From positions 124,001-188,000 of the forward strand of contig NIVC01001604.1 of NCBI GenBank assembly GCA_002269645.1: 64,000 bases of DNA, given 5' to 3'. The stretch is from Macrostomum lignano (lineage: Eukaryota). Below are positions 58,853 to 64,000 of the stretch, one piece after another (positions within the stretch are counted from its first letter, which is position 1; every line of letters begins with the position of its first letter). A program made the translations under genes and the position numbers. The notes beneath the pieces were generated by a model. The model was not told the DNA's origin. It did no database searches and saw nothing but the letters and a program-made list of their open reading frames with translations.

Positions 58853-61800
58853 CTAAAGACGGGAGGAGTCTGCGGGCGGAGCCGCAGCCGATGCAGCGGA
58901 CGCGGCGGCGGCAGCAGCGGCCACCGAAGGCGGCGGCGGTCGAGGAGGCTGCGGCGCGGCCCGCTTCTTCACCGACGGAGAGGCGGCGGCCGGAGGGGCC
59001 TCAGTGTCGGTGGCTCCCAGCTGCTGAGGCTGCAGCTGTGCCGGTGGCGTAGGCGGCGGCGGCGGCGGCGGTCCGCTGGGCCGCGGCAGCTGAAAAGCTC
59101 TGAAAAGAATGATCAGGCAAATGGCGTTAGCGCCATGGCGCTGCAAGCTGGCGGATAGCCGGCACAATTCATGCACGGTGGGGTGGGTTCTCACCCGTCT
59201 AGTCCGACACGGGAGGGGGTGGCTGGGGCGGCTGGTGTTGCAGCCTGCTGGGAGCTTTCAGCGGCCTGTTGGGGACGCCTCGGCAGCTGCGGCGGGGTTT
59301 GCCGCTTCGCTTCCGTCTGCTGCTGTGGCTTGGCCTCTGACTGCTGCTTTTTGACTTCCGGTTGCTTCTGATTGACTTCCGCCTGCCGCTGATTGGCTTC
59401 CGGTTGTTTCGCCTCTGAGTGCTGCTTTTCGAATTCTGGTTGCTTCTGATTGACTTCCGATTGCGGCTGCTGTTGCCTCTCTTCTGACTGCTGCTTGCTG
59501 GCTTTCGGTTGCTTCTGCTTGACTTCCGATTGCGGCTGCTGTTGCCTCTCTTCTGACTGCTGCTTGCTGGCTTTCGGTTGCTTCTGCTTGACTTCCGATT
59601 GCGGCTGCTGTTGCCTCTCTTCTGACTGCTGCTTGCTGGCTTTCGGTTGCTTCTGCTTGACTTCCGCCTGCTGCTGATTGGCTTCCGGTTGTTTGGCCTC
59701 TGAGTGCTGCTTTTTTACTCCTATCTGCTTCTGCTTGGCTGCCGTCTGCTCTTGATTGGCTTCCGACGGTTGCTGTTTGCTTTCTGGCTGCTGCTGCTGC
59801 TGCTGCTTGTTTTGCGACGGCAGCGGTGGTGGCTTCGGTCGTTGAGGCCTGTTGGCGGAATCGCCGCTGCGGGATTGCGGAGAGTGGCTGAATGGTAGTG
59901 GCTCAGCGAGTGACTGAATGGTGGTGGCTGAGTGAGAGTGAGTGACTGAATGGTGGTGGCTGAGTGAAAGTGAGTGGTGTTGTGTAGTTGGTTTGCAATA
60001 TGTATATCTGCTATGTACATCCCTTTGCCGATATTGATCGGTCGCAGCTAGATAAATATCTAAGTATAAATATACCAGTCGGAAGGCCAACTTGGTCTAA
60101 GTTCGTCTGTACACCAAAAATCAGTCTGACTCTCTCAACACAACAAGTGGCTGATTGGTGGTGGCTGAGTGAGTGGCTGAGCGGTGCCGTATGACAGCAT
60201 TTGTGGCAATATTTATTCCAGACTCACTTCTTGGCGGCGGCCGGAGGCGCGGGGCCATCCACAGAGTCCAAGCTGATGGTGCCTAACGAGGGCTTTCGAG
60301 GTGGCGGCGGCCGTTGCGGCTGCCCGGAATCGCCCAAAAGCCGCTGGGGCGACAGCAGCGGCGACTGGAGCGGCTGCGTTGGCGTGCGGCATTCGAGCGG
60401 GGAGTCCGCGGCACCGAAGTCGGGCTCTGAGGGAATTGGGGGACTTGGGATAAAAGAGCACCGGGACTGAGCTGAGATACTGGCTGAGCTGAGATACTGG
60501 CTGAGATACTGGCTGATCTGAGATACTGGCTGAGATACTGGCTGATCTGAGATACTGGCTGATCTGAGATACTGGCTGATCTGAGATACTGGCTGAGCTG
60601 AGATACTGGCTGAGCTGAGATACTGGCTGAGCTGAGATACTGGCTGAGCTGAGATACTGGCTGAGCTGAGATACTGGCTGAGCTGAGATACTGGCTGATC
60701 TGAGATACTGGCTGAGCTGAGATACTGGCTTAGCTGAGATACTGGCTGAGACTGAGATCTGACAGAGGCCCGAGGCTACAAGGCACCGGGAAACTTACCC
60801 TCCAGTCCAAGCAGCTTCTCATGCTGGCCAATGAGATTCTCAATCAGCTGCGAGCCAGTGTTGGCGGCGTCCATTTCGTTCATTTGGGAGGCCTGAGAGT
60901 TCGGTGATAGTCAGGTAAATGACAGACAGGTAAATGACAGTCAGGCAAATGACAGACAGGCAAATGACAGTCAGGCAAATGACAGTCAGGCAAATGACAG
61001 TCAGGCAAATGACAGTCAGGTAAATGACAGTCAGGCAAATGACAGTCAGGCAAATGACAGTCAGGTAAATGACAGTCAGGCAAATGACAGTCAGGTAAAT
61101 GACAGTCAGGTAAATGACAGTCAGGCAAATGACAGTCAGGCAAATGACAGTCAGGCACCGCACACAATGGCAAAGATCGGGAAATTACTCAGCACAGTTT
61201 TACCTGTCCACAGCTGTAAAAAATGTTTGGCCCGATGCAGATGCCCAGATTCTTAGGCGACATCTTGTTCTTGTCCTGCAGCGCGGCCACCCGGACCAGG
61301 AACTTGATCAGGTAGCGCAGGTTCCGGTAGTAGTGTGGCCGGGTGGACTCCAGCTGCTGGCAGCAGGCCAGCAGCGCCTCGGACCGCCTGTCCTGGTCGG
61401 TCAGCTGACAGGCCACCAGCCATCTGTCAATCAGCTCGCCGCTGCCAATCAGAGGAACCGGCAGCTGCTTCAGGTACTTCTTCAAGGCGCCGCAGATGGC
61501 GGACGGCTCGAACTCGGCAATGTTTTCCTCGGCCTGCATCAGGTTCAGGAAGGACTCCAGCTTCTGCACCGAGCTGGCCGACCCGTTTGTGCGGAACAGG
61601 CCCTGTGGGTGGGAGAGCGACGTCAGAGAAATGCATGGAAACCATGGGGACCTGGCGATCGTTGGGACTGGGGATCTGGGGGATCGTTAGGGATGCTGTA
61701 GGAGATTATTAGGAATGCTGTAGGAGATTATTAGGAATGCTGTAGGAGATTATTAGGAATGCTGTAGGAGATTATTAGGAATGCTGTAGGAGATTATTAG

Positions 61801-63653
61801 GAATGCTGTAGGAGATTATTAGAGATCCTACACGAATAATTTGGGACCATGAGGGGATTCTTAAGCGACCCCTGGGACATCATTAGGGACCCGTAGGGGA
61901 TCATTAGGGACCCAAAGGGGATTATTATGGACCCGGAGGGAATCATTAGGGACCCGTAGGTGATCATTTGGGACCCGTAGGGGTAGGGGATCATTAGGGA
62001 CCCAAAGGGGATCATTAGGGACCCAAAGGGGATCATTAGGGACCCAAAGGGGATCATTATGGACCCGGAGGGAATCATTAGGGACCCAGAGGGGATCACT
62101 AGGGGCCCGGAGGGGATCATTAGGGGCACCTGTGGGGAGCATGAGGGATTCCATCAATTATAAAATACCAATAAATCAGAGAAAAAGCCATGTGGTTTGA
62201 GAAATGCAGATGCATAAATCAATCTTAAAGGTACTCATAGGGGATTAGGAACTCGATGGGATTAAGGAACAGCAGATTTTGATCTGGACTCGCCTCCTCC
62301 GCAAGCACGGCCGGCTTGTTCAGCGCGTGAACGCAGACCTCCAGCACGTAGGCAATCTGGCGCTCCGTGGTCTTCAGGTGCTCGTCCAGATCGATGCGGT
62401 AGCAGGGGCCGCTTGTGCGGGAGATCCTGGCCAGCTCGGCCTCCAGCTGGCGGTCTTTCTCTGCCAAAATCTTGGCGCACTCTTGATGATAGGCCAGGCG
62501 GGCTCTGAGCATGGCCTGCAGGTCAGAGCAGCATTCGGAGTGAAGGTGGGCGACGCTCATCAGGTTTTCCGAGTACACGTCTCGCTGCCGCCGGAGCTCC
62601 GCCACTTTGTCACTCAGATCAGCCCGAAGATCTTCAATTGCCTGCTGCTGCTGCTGCGTCTGCGGCTGCTGCTGCTGCTGCTGAGCGAGGCGCTTCCTGC
62701 GGTGAGTGAGTGGGTCGGATTTTTAAATTAAGGATCCTCAAGGTGTCCGGAGCTGAGTGAGGATCCTTAAGGTGTCCGGAGCTGAGTGAGGATCATCAAG
62801 GTGTCCGAAGCTGTGAGGATCCTCAAGGTGTCCGGAGCTGTTTGAGGATCTTCAGGGTGTCCGGAGCTGTCTGAGGATCTTCAGGGTGTCCGGAGCTGTG
62901 AGGATCTTCAGGGTGTCCGGACCTGTCTGAGGATCTTCAGGGTGTCCGGAGCTGTGTGAGGATCTTCAGGGTGCCCGGAGCTGTGTGAGGATCTTCAGGG
63001 TGCCCGGAGCTGTGTGAGGATCTTCAGGGTGTCCGGAGCTGTCTGAGGATCTTCAGGGTGTCCGGAGCTGACTGAGGATCTTCAGGGTGTCCGGAGCTGA
63101 CTGAGGATCTTCAGGGTGTCCGGACCTGTCTGAGGATCTTCAGGGTGTCCAGAGCAGTTTTCTTTCAAAGGTGGGCTTCAATAAGAATACCAAAGGAGGG
63201 CTGAGGCGGTGGGTATTTATAGTGTGCGGGATGACATGAGCAGCAACGAACTTCGTCTTAGCCAGATCCTCGGTCAGTTTATTGATGTCGCGCTTCTGTT
63301 TTGAAACCGCTTTGAGCGTGTTCTCGCGCGGCTTGAATTTATCCCTGGTGACGGCGGTGAGCTGCTCGTACATGTGAGCCCGGCTGCGCAGCTGTGAGCT
63401 CTCGGTCTCGTACAGCGCCTGCAGCAGGCAGGACAGCTGGGGAGCACCGGCGCCCAGATTATCGCCAGCCAGGCGGAACGCCTCGGCCAACGCCTCGTCG
63501 GGCTTCTGCTTGACGGCGCACTTGTCCAGCCGCTTGCCGATCTTCTCCAAGCCTGTCTGCAGCGGCTCCACCGTTTGCTCCACCTTCTGGCACATGGGCG
63601 GCAACTGATAGTCGTCTACGATGCCAGGCATTGCGCCTTGCTCTGGCTGCAGC
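58853..63653 (-). CDS. BAR-domain RhoGAP (ARHGAP17/44/SH3BP1-like); exons 63653-63252, 62696-62294, 61602-61204, 60892-60799, 60426-60228, about 59866(or 59887)-59195, 59099-58853; 5' end probably outside the window
   Basis: Helical BAR-like N-terminal part; RhoGAP motifs EEGLFRTNGS (arginine finger), AICGALKKYLKQLPVPL, NKMSPKNLGICIGPNI; Pro/Gln-rich tail. Junctions join in phase. Confidence 0.88.
60465..60760. repeat. 17-bp minisatellite (GAGATACTGGCTGAGCT), RhoGAP intron
   Basis: Tandem copies. Confidence 0.95.
60905..61155. repeat. 15-bp minisatellite (GACAGTCAGGCAAAT), RhoGAP intron
   Basis: Tandem copies abutting the acceptor at 60893. Confidence 0.95.
61690..62130. repeat. Two adjacent arrays (22-bp GGAGATTATTAGGAATGCTGTA; about 21-bp GGGATCATTAGGGACCCAAAG) in the GC-AG intron of the RhoGAP
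   Basis: Tandem copies at 61690-61822 and 61865-62130. Confidence 0.9.
62730..63150. repeat. 27-29-bp minisatellite (TGAGGATCTTCAGGGTGTCCGGAGCTG), RhoGAP intron
   Basis: Tandem copies. Confidence 0.95.
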
Positions 63654-64000
63654 CTGGGTGCAGGAGTGGGTGGTGAGGCTCTGATGTCAAGACAGGAGGA
63701 TTTAAAATTTTAAATCAGGCAACTGAGCCAAATCAAACAAAAAATATCAGTGTCTGAGATGCCAAGGCTCAAGGGGGAGGGGGTTGCTGAAGTGCCAAGA
63801 CAAAGAAAATATACTAAGGCTTGAATCAGAGAAGCTGATATCTCAGGCTAGAAAAATAGTATACTTGATTGAAAGTATTAATAGAAATAAGCTTTTTATC
63901 AAAGTTAAGCATGCAGCATATTAGAGCCTAAAATTATAGCTCAAGAATTTTCAACTATATGAAACAATTTTTATAAAGATGCTTTCTCAGTTACACCAAA

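Overview
Eukaryotic (animal) genomic DNA with GC-rich exons and spliceosomal introns. Nearly every intron carries its own tandem-repeat array; this architecture and the gene set suggest a free-living flatworm such as Macrostomum (inference, not verified). I reconstructed exon chains by hand from GT/GC-AG junctions and phase continuity. Genes: an Abl-family tyrosine kinase (minus, partial at both ends), major vault protein (8 coding exons, about 859 aa), a PLP-dependent threonine/serine dehydratase with ACT domain (7 exons, about 520 aa), a UspA-domain protein (2 exons), two intronless head-to-head calpain-like genes (one intact catalytic-domain-only ORF, one pseudogene), and a BAR-RhoGAP gene (minus, 5' end probably outside the window, one GC-AG intron). 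Mobile elements: a complete Chapaev DNA transposon (322-bp TIRs, CAC...GTG ends, 4-bp TSD, one nonsense codon), a decayed Tc1/IS630-like element (TA TSD), and a very young 4.26-kb Ty3/Gypsy LTR retrotransposon (identical 166-bp LTRs, 5-bp TSD) between the two calpains. The most notable patterns are intronic minisatellites that appear built from splice signals (exon end plus donor; TACTAAC/CTGAC branch-point motifs) and a cluster of 7 same-polarity transitions within 23 bp of one Chapaev TIR.
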